Assembly (NCBI GenBank): GCA_031459855.1
Contig: JAVKHP010000001.1
Span: 1,825,842-1,889,841 of the forward strand
Length of the DNA: 64,000 nt
Reading direction: 5' to 3'
Origin: Candidatus Fervidifonticultor primus
GTDB taxonomy: Bacteria; Sysuimicrobiota; Sysuimicrobiia; Sysuimicrobiales; Humicultoraceae
The position numbers and the translations under genes were made by a program. The notes below the pieces were generated by a model. The model did no database searches. It saw nothing but the letters and a program-made list of their open reading frames with translations, and was not told where the DNA came from. Positions 9,031 to 17,257 of this stretch are shown here, piece by piece (the stretch's first letter is position 1; every line of letters begins with the position of its first letter).

Positions 9031-9140
9031 CCCTAATAGTCCCCCAATCCACCGCTCGTCTCCCTGCTGCGCACCTGCACGTCGCGTTGGCTGCTGGCCA
9101 CCCGCTAATCGTCCCAATCCGCCGCTCCTCTCCCCGCGGG
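9031..9140. repeat. Two ~38-bp imperfect direct repeats 70 bp apart (ccctaatagtcccccaatccaccgctcgtctccctgc / cccgctaatcgtcccaatccgccgctcctctccccgc)
   Basis: Seen directly; about 80% identical. Located in the lower-GC intergenic region between the YeiH-like gene and the chimeric ORF. Confidence 0.55.
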
Positions 9141-9169
9141 CAGATCCACCGAGCGTCCACGGTCCGACC

Positions 9170-10204
9170 CTACAGCCACGCCCGGATCAGGGCCAGGCTG
9201 ACCACCGCGATCGCAACCGACGCCAGGAGGCCGATGCCGAGCGGGCGCAGTCCCACGCGGCGCATGCCCTGCAGGTCGGCCGACAGCCCCACTGCGGCCA
9301 TCACCATGACCACCAGGACGCGGCCCGCCAGCGAGGCGGTCCGGGCGACCGGCGGCGCCACCAGCCCGGCGGTGTTCGCCAGGGCAGCCGCAGCAAACCA
9401 CAGGACGAACCAGGGGAAGATTCGCGCCAGGCGGACGCGAGGCCGTGCCACGCCCCCGGTGCGGCTGCGCCGCACGCTGGACGCGATGCCGAACGCGAGC
9501 GCCAGTGGTACCAGCAGCAGCGTTCGGGTGAGCTTCACCACGGTAGCGACCTGGCCGGCGGGCTCGCTGAACTGGAACGCAGCCGCCAGCACCGAGGAGG
9601 TGTCGTGGATGGCCGCGCCGGCCCAGGCGCCGAAGGCGGCGTCGGACAGGGCGAGCACATGGCCCAGCGCCGGGTAGACGACCACCGCCAGCATGTTGAA
9701 GAGGAAGATCGTTGTCACGGCGAAGGCGATCTCCTCTTGACGCGCTTCGATGATGGGCCCGATGGTCAGGATGGCTGTCGCGCCACAGATAGCGGTGCCC
9801 GCGCCGATCAGGCCGACGAGTCCCCCGGGTGCACGCAGCCATCGCCCGAACAGCGCGGTCAGCCCCAGCGCCAGCACCACGGTCGTACCCAGCACCGCCA
9901 GGGTACCGGTGCCGATGCGCAGCACCTGGGCGAAGCTGAGCGTGGTCCCGAAGAGCACGATGGCCACCCGCAGTAGCCTCTTGAGGACGAAGTCCAGGCC
10001 GGGGCGCCACGCCGGCCGCGGACCGCTGACGGTGCGCACCGTCAGTCCCACGGCGAGTGCCAGCACCGGCGCGCCGACGAGCGGGACCCAGCCGCCGCCG
10101 GCCCAGGCGACTGTCGCCACCGCCGCCGTGACCAGCAGGCCGGATGCGAGGGGAGCCACCGCGGTGGGCAGCGTGCGGGTGACGGTAGGTCGCAGGTCGT
10201 GCAT
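9170..10204 (-). CDS. YeiH/UPF0324 family membrane protein (putative sulfate-exporter-like)
   Basis: Start at internal MHDLRPTV..; about 10 TM segments; ..FVLKRLLRVAIVLFG..AGAAIHDTSSVLAA.. typical of the YeiH family. The upstream 220 in-frame residues are low-complexity, so they are excluded. Confidence 0.7.
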   Translation of the reverse strand: MHDLRPTVTRTLPTAVAPLASGLLVTAAVATVAWAGGGWVPLVGAPVLALAVGLTVRTVSGPRPAWRPGLDFVLKRLLRVAIVLFGTTLSFAQVLRIGTGTLAVLGTTVVLALGLTALFGRWLRAPGGLVGLIGAGTAICGATAILTIGPIIEARQEEIAFAVTTIFLFNMLAVVVYPALGHVLALSDAAFGAWAGAAIHDTSSVLAAAFQFSEPAGQVATVVKLTRTLLLVPLALAFGIASSVRRSRTGGVARPRVRLARIFPWFVLWFAAAALANTAGLVAPPVARTASLAGRVLVVMVMAAVGLSADLQGMRRVGLRPLGIGLLASVAIAVVSLALIRAWL

Positions 10205-10574
10205 CGATACCTCCCCGGCGGACGCGGAATGTCGGGCGCGTGCACGAGGCCAGCAACGGCTGCCGCCGATTCGCACGAGCCCACGCTCTGGCATGACTAC
10301 CGCGGCCAGGGGCACCGTCCCTGCGCGCTGGCCGGCCGGCATGCAGTATCGGCCTACGTTGACACAGGACGCGCCGGCTGCCCATCGCAGCCCGGCCCAC
10401 GGCGTCAGGCAGGCAGCACCGGTGCACCGGCGAGCCACGCACGCGGGTGGAGGCCGGCTCGCGCGGCATGGATACCCGGGTAGACGCACCGCCCGCAGGA
10501 GATCGCCCCGTGCACAGGAAACAAGAGGTCGTGTCGCGGTACCACCGGCACCGGGGACGCGCGCCGGGGAGGTC

Positions 10575-12164
10575 ATGGACCGCACCGAGCTGATCCGCCG
10601 CCTGGAAGCCGTCGTCGGACGGCCGTACGTGCTCCACCGCACCGACGACGTGTCGGTGTACGAGCAGGATGCCCTGATGGTGGCGCGGGGCCGCCCGGAC
10701 GCCGTGGTGCTGCCCGATAGCGCCGAGCAGGTGGCGGCGGTGGTGCGGATCGCCCGCGAGGCCGGCCTGCCGGTCGTCGCGCGGGGCGCCGGCACCGGGT
10801 TGGCCGGCGGCGCCATTCCCGTGCGGGGCGGCATCGTGGTGGCCCTCACCCGCATGACCCGCATCCTCGAGATCGACGTCGCCAGCCGGCTCGCGGTCGT
10901 CGAGCCAGGCGTCGTGAATGCCGATCTGACCGCGGCGCTGGAGCCCCACGGCCTGTTCTACGCACCCGACCCGGGCAGTCAGGTGGCGTCGACCATCGGC
11001 GGCAACGTCGCCACCAACGCCGGCGGGCCGCACTGCCTGGCCTATGGGGTCACCGGGAACAACGTGCTGGGCCTGGAGGTGGTGCTGTCCGACGGGACGC
11101 TCGCCTGGGTGGGCGGCCGCGCGCACGACGCACCGGGCTACGACCTCGTCGGCCTGCTGGTGGGCTCCGAGGGGACCCTTGGGATCGTGACCAAGATCGT
11201 CGTGCGCCTGGTCCAGAAGCGCGAGGCGGTGCGCACGCTGCTCGCGATCTACGACGCCATGGACGCCGCGTGTGAGGCCACCTCCGCGGTCATCGCTGCC
11301 GGCATCGTGCCCGAAGCGCTGGAGGTCCTCGACGGGATCTCGATGCGGGCGGTGAACCGCACGCTGGGCGCCGGGTTCCCCGAGGACGCCGAGGCGGCGT
11401 TGTTGATCGAGGTCGAAGGGGTGGCCGAGGCCGTGCCGGTGCTGATCGAGCGGATCGAGGCGATCTGCCGTCAGCACGGCGCCCGTCGCATCCAGACCGC
11501 CGCCACGGCCGAGGAGCGCGCCGGCCTCTGGAAGGGCCGCAAGCATGCCTACGGGGCGTTGGGCCGGCTGGGCCGGCGCGCCATGATGCTCGACGTGTGC
11601 GCGCCGCGCTCCCGCCTGGCCGAGGTGATGCGCCAGGTCCTGGCTGCCGGCCGGAAGTGGGAGGTGGGTGTCGCCAACTTCTTCCACGCTGGCGACGGGA
11701 ACATGCATCCCACCCCGTTCTTCGACATCGCTGAAGACTCGCCCGAGTACGCGCGCGTGGTGGGGTTGACCGAGGACATCATGCGCGCCTGCGTGGACGC
11801 TGGCGGGACCATCACCGGCGAGCACGGCATCGGCCTGGAGAAGCGCGAGTACCTGGGCTGGATGTTCGGCGAGGCCGACATCGCCGCGATGAAGCGCATC
11901 AAGGCCGTCTTCGATCCGGACGGGCTGTGCAACCCCGAGAAGATCTTCCCGATCGGCCGGTCCCCGCACGCGATCCCCGCGCCGCGCGAGGTGGACGACG
12001 GCGCTGCGGCGCACACGGTCATCCGTGAGGCAGGGGGTGAGGCAGGGAGGGGCGGCGTTGCCGTGGCCGCCCCGGAGACCCTCGCCGCGGCCGTCCCGGA
12101 GAGCCCCGGCGCGACTGCCCCCGAGGTTGCGGGGCGGCCGGGTGGCGTTGCGCCGCCGGCATGA
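10575..12164 (+). CDS. glcD: Glycolate oxidase FAD-binding subunit GlcD (FAD-linked oxidase) with Pro/Ala-rich C-terminal extension
   Basis: MDRTELIRRLEAVVGRPYVLHRTDD..PDAVVLPDSAEQVAAVVRIAREAGLPVVARGAGTGL.GG. is a canonical FAD_binding_4 domain. ATGA overlap with the next ORF. Confidence 0.85.
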   Translation: MDRTELIRRLEAVVGRPYVLHRTDDVSVYEQDALMVARGRPDAVVLPDSAEQVAAVVRIAREAGLPVVARGAGTGLAGGAIPVRGGIVVALTRMTRILEIDVASRLAVVEPGVVNADLTAALEPHGLFYAPDPGSQVASTIGGNVATNAGGPHCLAYGVTGNNVLGLEVVLSDGTLAWVGGRAHDAPGYDLVGLLVGSEGTLGIVTKIVVRLVQKREAVRTLLAIYDAMDAACEATSAVIAAGIVPEALEVLDGISMRAVNRTLGAGFPEDAEAALLIEVEGVAEAVPVLIERIEAICRQHGARRIQTAATAEERAGLWKGRKHAYGALGRLGRRAMMLDVCAPRSRLAEVMRQVLAAGRKWEVGVANFFHAGDGNMHPTPFFDIAEDSPEYARVVGLTEDIMRACVDAGGTITGEHGIGLEKREYLGWMFGEADIAAMKRIKAVFDPDGLCNPEKIFPIGRSPHAIPAPREVDDGAAAHTVIREAGGEAGRGGVAVAAPETLAAAVPESPGATAPEVAGRPGGVAPPA

Positions 12165-13507
12165 GCGGCCCGTCCCACGCCCCCGCAGTGCCCGCGCGGC
12201 TCGGTCCGGCCGACCTCGCGCCGCCGGGTGGCGCCGCGTCGGGCGCTGCTGTCGCGCCGCGAGCTGCCGGGACTTCGGCGATGCCATGGATTCCCGAGGT
12301 CGAGACCTGCATCCACTGCGGCCTGTGTCTGAACCAGTGCCCCACCTACCGGGTCACCCGTCTGGAAGCCGAGTCCCCTCGCGGACGCATCTGGCTCGTG
12401 AAGGAGGCGGCGGCGGGACGGCTGGAGCCGGCGGCCATCGCCGACCACCTGTACCTGTGCCTGATGTGTCGGGCGTGCGAGACCGCCTGCCCGTCGGGCG
12501 TCCAGTACGGGCGTATCGCGGAGGCCGCGCGGGCCGTGCTGGGCCCACCGGGCCCGCCCGTGCAGCGGGCGGTGGTCCGGTTCGTGCTGCGCCAGCTCAT
12601 GCCCTACCCCGGGCGGCTGCGGCGCGCGGCCGCGGCCCTGCGCGCGGCACAGCGCACCGGCCTGCTGGCCTTCGCGCAGCGCGTGTTGCCCACGGGCCTG
12701 CGACAGCGTGCCGCGCTGGCCCCCGAGGTGCCGCCGCGGGGCTTCAGTCCCGAGGCCGAGGTGTTGCCCGCGCTGGGTGAGCGCCGGGCGCGTGTGGGGT
12801 TCCTGGCGGGCTGCGCCATGAGCCTGTTCTTCCCCGACGTGAACGACGCCACGGTGCGCGTGCTGCGGCGCAACGGGTGCGAGGTGGTGGTCCCCGCAGG
12901 CCAGGTGTGCTGCGGTGCGCTGAACAGCCACTACGGGGAAGCGCAGACCGCCCGGGCGATGGCCCGGCGGAACGTCGATGCCTTTCCCGACGACGTCGAC
13001 GCCATCGTCACCAACGCCGCGGGGTGCGGGGCGGCCATGAAGGCCTACGGGCACCTGTTGGCCGACGATGCCGTCTACGCGGCGCGAGCCGAGCGCTTTG
13101 CCGCCAGGGTGCGCGACGCCACCGAATGGCTGGTGCAACTCGGGCTGCGCACGCAGCCGCAGGCGGTCCCGGTCGTCGCCACCTACCAGGACCCCTGCCA
13201 TCTGGCCCATGGCCAGCGCGTGCGGACCGAGCCGCGCGCGCTGCTGGCGGCAGCCGGCGTCCGCCTGGTGGAGATGCCCGCCGCCGACCGCTGCTGTGGC
13301 AGCGCCGGCATCTACAACCTGCTGCAGCCCGCCATGGCCGAGACGTTGTTGCGCGACAAGATGGAGGCGGTGCGGGCCACCGGCGCGCAGGTGGTGGTGG
13401 CGCCCAACCCCGGATGCATGCTGCAGCTGCAGTACGGCGCCCGCCGGTTTGGCGTCCCTGTGCGCGTCGCGCACCTGATGGACCTCCTCGACCAGGCGGG
13501 GGCGTGA
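12161..13507 (+). CDS. glcF: Glycolate oxidase iron-sulfur subunit GlcF (2x 4Fe-4S + CCG domains)
   Basis: CIHCGLCLNQCP and CLMCRACETACP ferredoxin motifs plus two Cys-rich CCG domains (..DPCHLAHGQ.., ..NPGCMLQL..). Alternative start at MPWIPEV (~12281). Confidence 0.8.
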   Translation: MSGPSHAPAVPARLGPADLAPPGGAASGAAVAPRAAGTSAMPWIPEVETCIHCGLCLNQCPTYRVTRLEAESPRGRIWLVKEAAAGRLEPAAIADHLYLCLMCRACETACPSGVQYGRIAEAARAVLGPPGPPVQRAVVRFVLRQLMPYPGRLRRAAAALRAAQRTGLLAFAQRVLPTGLRQRAALAPEVPPRGFSPEAEVLPALGERRARVGFLAGCAMSLFFPDVNDATVRVLRRNGCEVVVPAGQVCCGALNSHYGEAQTARAMARRNVDAFPDDVDAIVTNAAGCGAAMKAYGHLLADDAVYAARAERFAARVRDATEWLVQLGLRTQPQAVPVVATYQDPCHLAHGQRVRTEPRALLAAAGVRLVEMPAADRCCGSAGIYNLLQPAMAETLLRDKMEAVRATGAQVVVAPNPGCMLQLQYGARRFGVPVRVAHLMDLLDQAGA

Positions 13508-13526
13508 GGCGGGCGAGGGTCCCCGG

Positions 13527-14840
13527 GTGCACGTGACGGTCGACGCCCTGGCGTCCCGGGTGCAGGCGCTGATCGGCGCCGACGCGGTGCTGACGGCCGG
13601 GCTGGCGCGCTACGCGGTCGACGGGCACGTGCCGCAGGTCGTCGTCCGGCCGCGCGACGCCGATCAGGTCGCTGGGGTGTTGCGCCTCTGCGCCGAGGCT
13701 GGAGCCGCGGTCATCCCGTGGGGCGGGGGCACCGCGCAGGAGGTGGGCAACCCGCCCCGCGCCGCCAGCGTGGTGCTGCGCACCGACCGGCTGGCCCGCG
13801 TGCTCGACCACGACGCCGCGAACCTGACCGTCACCGCCGACGCCGGGATCACGTTGGAGGCGCTGGGTGAGACGCTGGCCGCGGCCGGCCAGTGGCTGCC
13901 CGTGGAGCCGCCCCGTGCGCCGCGCGCGACCCTGGGCGGCGTCGCCGCGCTCGACCTGGGCGGGCCGTGGCGAGGTCGGTTCGGTCCGGTGCGGGACCTG
14001 GTGATCGGAGTGCGCGCCGCCCTGCCGGACGGCAGCCTCGTCCGCTGGGGCGGGAAGACCGTGAAGAACGTGGCCGGCTACGACATGGCCAAGCTGTTCG
14101 TCGGGGCCATGGGCACGGTCGGCGTGCTCGTCGAGCTGACGCTGAAGGTCTTCCCCCTGCCCGAAGCGACGCGCACCGTGGCGCTGTGGGGCGAGCTCGA
14201 CGCCCTCGTGGCCCTGGCGGGGCGCATCGCCGCATCGCCGCTGGTGCCGACGGGTCTGACGCTGCTCGACCGACCGGCGGCGGCGCTGCTGGGCGCCGCG
14301 GTGGGCGGGCTGCTGGGCGTCTCGTCGCCGGTGCTGCTGGTGCGCGCCGACGGCATCGCGCCCGCGGTGGCCCGGGCCGAGCGCGACGTGGCTGCCTGGG
14401 CCGCGCAGGCCGGCGTGCAGCACGAGGCGCTCGGGATCGAGGCCGCGCAACGCGTGTGGAGCGCGGTGCGCGACTTCGGCTGGGCGGGCGAGCTGGTGGC
14501 CGCGCGCCTGTCGGTACCCGTGGGACGGCTGCCGGGTGCGCTGGCCGCGCTGCGCGCCGGCCTCCCCGCGGCCGCGGGCCTGGTGGCGCACGTGGCAGCC
14601 GGCGTCGTCTGGGCCGCAGGGCCGCCTGCGGGGTTTGCGGCCACGACGCTGCACGGCCTGCGGCAGGTGGCGGTCGACCACCATGGCCACCTGCTGCTGG
14701 CCCGGCTGCCGGCGGCCCTGAAGGCCACCGGCGACGTGTGGGCCCCGGTTCCTCCGGCGCTGCCGGTGATGCGGGCGCTCAAGGCCGCGTTCGACCCTCA
14801 CCAGATCCTCAACCCGGGCCGCTTCGTGGCGGGGTTGTAG
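13527..14840 (+). CDS. glcE: Glycolate oxidase FAD-binding subunit GlcE
   Basis: FAD_binding_4-like ..VIPWGGGTAQEVGNPP..; GTVKNVAGYDMAKLFVGAMGTVGVLVELTLKVFPLP is typical of GlcE. GTG start. Confidence 0.75.
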   Translation: MHVTVDALASRVQALIGADAVLTAGLARYAVDGHVPQVVVRPRDADQVAGVLRLCAEAGAAVIPWGGGTAQEVGNPPRAASVVLRTDRLARVLDHDAANLTVTADAGITLEALGETLAAAGQWLPVEPPRAPRATLGGVAALDLGGPWRGRFGPVRDLVIGVRAALPDGSLVRWGGKTVKNVAGYDMAKLFVGAMGTVGVLVELTLKVFPLPEATRTVALWGELDALVALAGRIAASPLVPTGLTLLDRPAAALLGAAVGGLLGVSSPVLLVRADGIAPAVARAERDVAAWAAQAGVQHEALGIEAAQRVWSAVRDFGWAGELVAARLSVPVGRLPGALAALRAGLPAAAGLVAHVAAGVVWAAGPPAGFAATTLHGLRQVAVDHHGHLLLARLPAALKATGDVWAPVPPALPVMRALKAAFDPHQILNPGRFVAGL

Positions 14841-14896
14841 CCCGGCGTGGCCGTCGCATCGGACCGCGCCGCCTGGCCCGGAGGAGGCATCGTCGC

Positions 14897-17050
14897 ATGG
14901 CACGCCTGCACCTGGCGCTGGCGATCCACAACCACCAGCCGGTAGGGAACTTCGACCACGTCTTCGAGGACGCGTACCGCCGGGCGTACGCGCCCATGGT
15001 CGCGGCCCTGGAGCGGCACCCCGCGGTGCGCCTGGCGCTGCACTACTCCGGTCCGGTGCTGGACTGGTTGCGCGACCGCCAGCCCGGGTTGCTGGCGCGC
15101 CTGCGCGCGCTGGCCGCCCGCGGCCAGGTCGAGATCATGACCGGCGGGTACTACGAGCCGATCCTGCCCGTGATTCCCGACCCCGACAAGCGCGGCCAGA
15201 TCCGCAAGATGACCGCGGCGGTGCGCGCGCTCTTCGGCGTGCGGGCCACCGGCCTGTGGCTGGCCGAGCGGGTCTGGGAGCCGCACCTGCCCCGACCGCT
15301 GGCGGCCGCGGGCGTGCGCTACACCATCGTGGACGATGCGCACTTCTTCCGGGTCGGGCTGCAGGAAGACGACCTCGTCGGCTACTTCGTCACCGAGGAG
15401 GCGGGCGCGCCGCTGGCCATCTTCCCCAGCCTCAAGGCACTGCGCTACCGCATCCCGTGGGCCACGGTGCCCGACCTCATGGCGTGGCTGCGGGCCCAGG
15501 CCGACCGTACCCCGGCCGACGGCCGGCCGCGCCTGCTGGTCATGGGCGACGACGGCGAGAAGTTCGGGTTGTGGCCCGGGACGTCGCTCCTGTGCTGGGA
15601 GCGCGGCTGGATCGAGGAGTTCTTCGCCGCCGTGGAGGCGGCCAGCGCGTGGCTGGTCACGGTGCCGCCCGGCGCGTGGCTCGACCGCCACCCGCCGCGC
15701 GGCCGCGTCTACCTGCCCACCGCGGCCTACGATGAGATGACCGAGTGGGCGTTGCCGGCCCCGCGCGCGGCACAGCTGCCCGCCCTCAAGCACGAGCTGG
15801 CGGCGCAGGGGCGCGAGGACGTGCTGCCGTTCCTCCACGGCGGCTACTGGCGGCACTTCCTGGTGAAGTACCCTGAGATCAACACCATGCACAAGGCGAT
15901 GCTGCGCGCCAGCCGCAAGGTCTGGCGCATGCCGCCAGGACCAGCGCGGGCCCGCGCGCTGGACCACCTCTGGCAGGGGCAGTGCAACTGCCCCTACTGG
16001 CACGGCGTCTTCGGCGGCGTCTACCTCGGGCACATCCGGGCGGCCACCTACGCGCACCTCATCGCCGCCGAGGCCCTGGCGGACCGCCGGCGCGGCAGGT
16101 GGGTGCAGGCGCGTCGGCAGGACGCGGACGCCGACGGCTTGCCCGAGGTCGTGGTGACGACCGACGCCCAGGTGCTCGTGCTCGACGCCGACGCCGGCGG
16201 CGGCGTCGTGGAGTGGGACGTGCGGGCAGCACGGGTCAACCTGGTCAACGTGATGACCCGGCGGGAAGAAGGCTACCACGCCCAGCTGCGCGAGGCCGCA
16301 GCGCGGGGCGAGGTGGTGCTCGCCCGGTCCGATGCGGTCGAGTCGATTCACACGACGCGGGTGCGGGTCAAGGAACCCGGGCTCGAACGCCATCTGCACT
16401 ACGACTGGTACCGGCGCGCGGCGTTCCTCGACCACTTTCTCGAGCCCGGCGCCGATCCTGCGGCCGTGCTCGGGTGGACCGTGCGGGAACTCGGGGACTT
16501 CGTCGACCAGCCGTACCAGGTGACGGTGGCCCGGCGTCGTGCGGACGTCGCCGTGCGCCTGTGGCGGGACGGCCACGTGTGGGCCGGTGAGGTGCACACG
16601 CCGGTGCGCGTCGAGAAGACCTTGTGGGTGCCCGCGGGACGCCATGTGGTCACGGTGGCCTACCGGATCACCAACACGGGCGATCGCCCGATCGCCGCCG
16701 TGTTCGCGGTGGAGACCGTCTGGGGCGTAGACGGGCCCGACGCGGAGGTGACACCGGTCGGGGGCCAGGCGCCATCGGCGTCGGGGCGGGCGCACCGCGT
16801 CGGCGCCCCGGCGCTGCTGCCCGACGTCACGGGCTGGATCCTGCACGACCGGCCGCGGCCGCTGGACGTCGTCGTGACCGCGCCGCCTGGCGACCTGTGG
16901 GTCGTTCCCATCGAGGTGGTCTCGGCGTCTGAGGGCGGGTACGAGCGTACGTTCCAGGGCGCGACGCTGTGGTCGGCGCGGCCATTGCTCCTGGCGCCGG
17001 GCGCCGTCTGGGAAGGCACGTTCCACGTCGAGGTGCGGCGCCGCAGCTGA
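14897..17050 (+). CDS. Glycoside hydrolase family 57 protein (alpha-amylase/4-alpha-glucanotransferase/amylopullulanase-like)
   Basis: N-terminus MARLHLALAIHNHQPVGNFDHVFEDAYRRAYAPMV is the GH57 catalytic-domain signature (HQP). 717 aa. GAGGAGG RBS upstream. Confidence 0.8.
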   Translation: MARLHLALAIHNHQPVGNFDHVFEDAYRRAYAPMVAALERHPAVRLALHYSGPVLDWLRDRQPGLLARLRALAARGQVEIMTGGYYEPILPVIPDPDKRGQIRKMTAAVRALFGVRATGLWLAERVWEPHLPRPLAAAGVRYTIVDDAHFFRVGLQEDDLVGYFVTEEAGAPLAIFPSLKALRYRIPWATVPDLMAWLRAQADRTPADGRPRLLVMGDDGEKFGLWPGTSLLCWERGWIEEFFAAVEAASAWLVTVPPGAWLDRHPPRGRVYLPTAAYDEMTEWALPAPRAAQLPALKHELAAQGREDVLPFLHGGYWRHFLVKYPEINTMHKAMLRASRKVWRMPPGPARARALDHLWQGQCNCPYWHGVFGGVYLGHIRAATYAHLIAAEALADRRRGRWVQARRQDADADGLPEVVVTTDAQVLVLDADAGGGVVEWDVRAARVNLVNVMTRREEGYHAQLREAAARGEVVLARSDAVESIHTTRVRVKEPGLERHLHYDWYRRAAFLDHFLEPGADPAAVLGWTVRELGDFVDQPYQVTVARRRADVAVRLWRDGHVWAGEVHTPVRVEKTLWVPAGRHVVTVAYRITNTGDRPIAAVFAVETVWGVDGPDAEVTPVGGQAPSASGRAHRVGAPALLPDVTGWILHDRPRPLDVVVTAPPGDLWVVPIEVVSASEGGYERTFQGATLWSARPLLLAPGAVWEGTFHVEVRRRS

Positions 17051-17076
17051 CTGCGCCGCCGTGCGGGTCTGTGCCC

Positions 17077-17235
17077 GGGGCACGTGGTGCTCGTTGCCCG
17101 GTGCCAGCGGGACGTACCGGCCGTCGTCCAGTGCCAGGAGAGGTGCCGACCGCCGCCCGAGTCGGGAGACGTACCGGCGGCCGTTCCGTGCTAGGGATGC
17201 CAGGGGACGTGGCCCCGGTGGCCCAGTGCCAGGCG
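17077..17235. repeat. Array of ~4 imperfect 30-40-bp direct repeats (GGGACGTrsCGG..CCAGTGCCAGG) in the convergent intergenic region
   Basis: ggggcacgtggtgctcgttgcccggtgccagcg / gggacgtaccggccgtcgtccagtgccaggag / gggagacgtaccggcggccgttccgtgctagggatgccagg / ggggacgtggccccggtggcccagtgccaggcg, seen directly. Confidence 0.6.
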
Positions 17236-17257
17236 CGCCGGACGGCGCTCGACGCCC

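Noticed and set aside
9105-12287. 1060-aa minus-strand ORF antisense to glcD
   Set aside because: Low-complexity composition with no recognisable domain. It is antisense to a well-supported FAD oxidase gene.
13008-17083. Long minus-strand ORFs (631 aa, 761 aa) antisense to glcE/GH57
   Set aside because: GC-driven open frames with Arg/Gly/His-rich junk translations.
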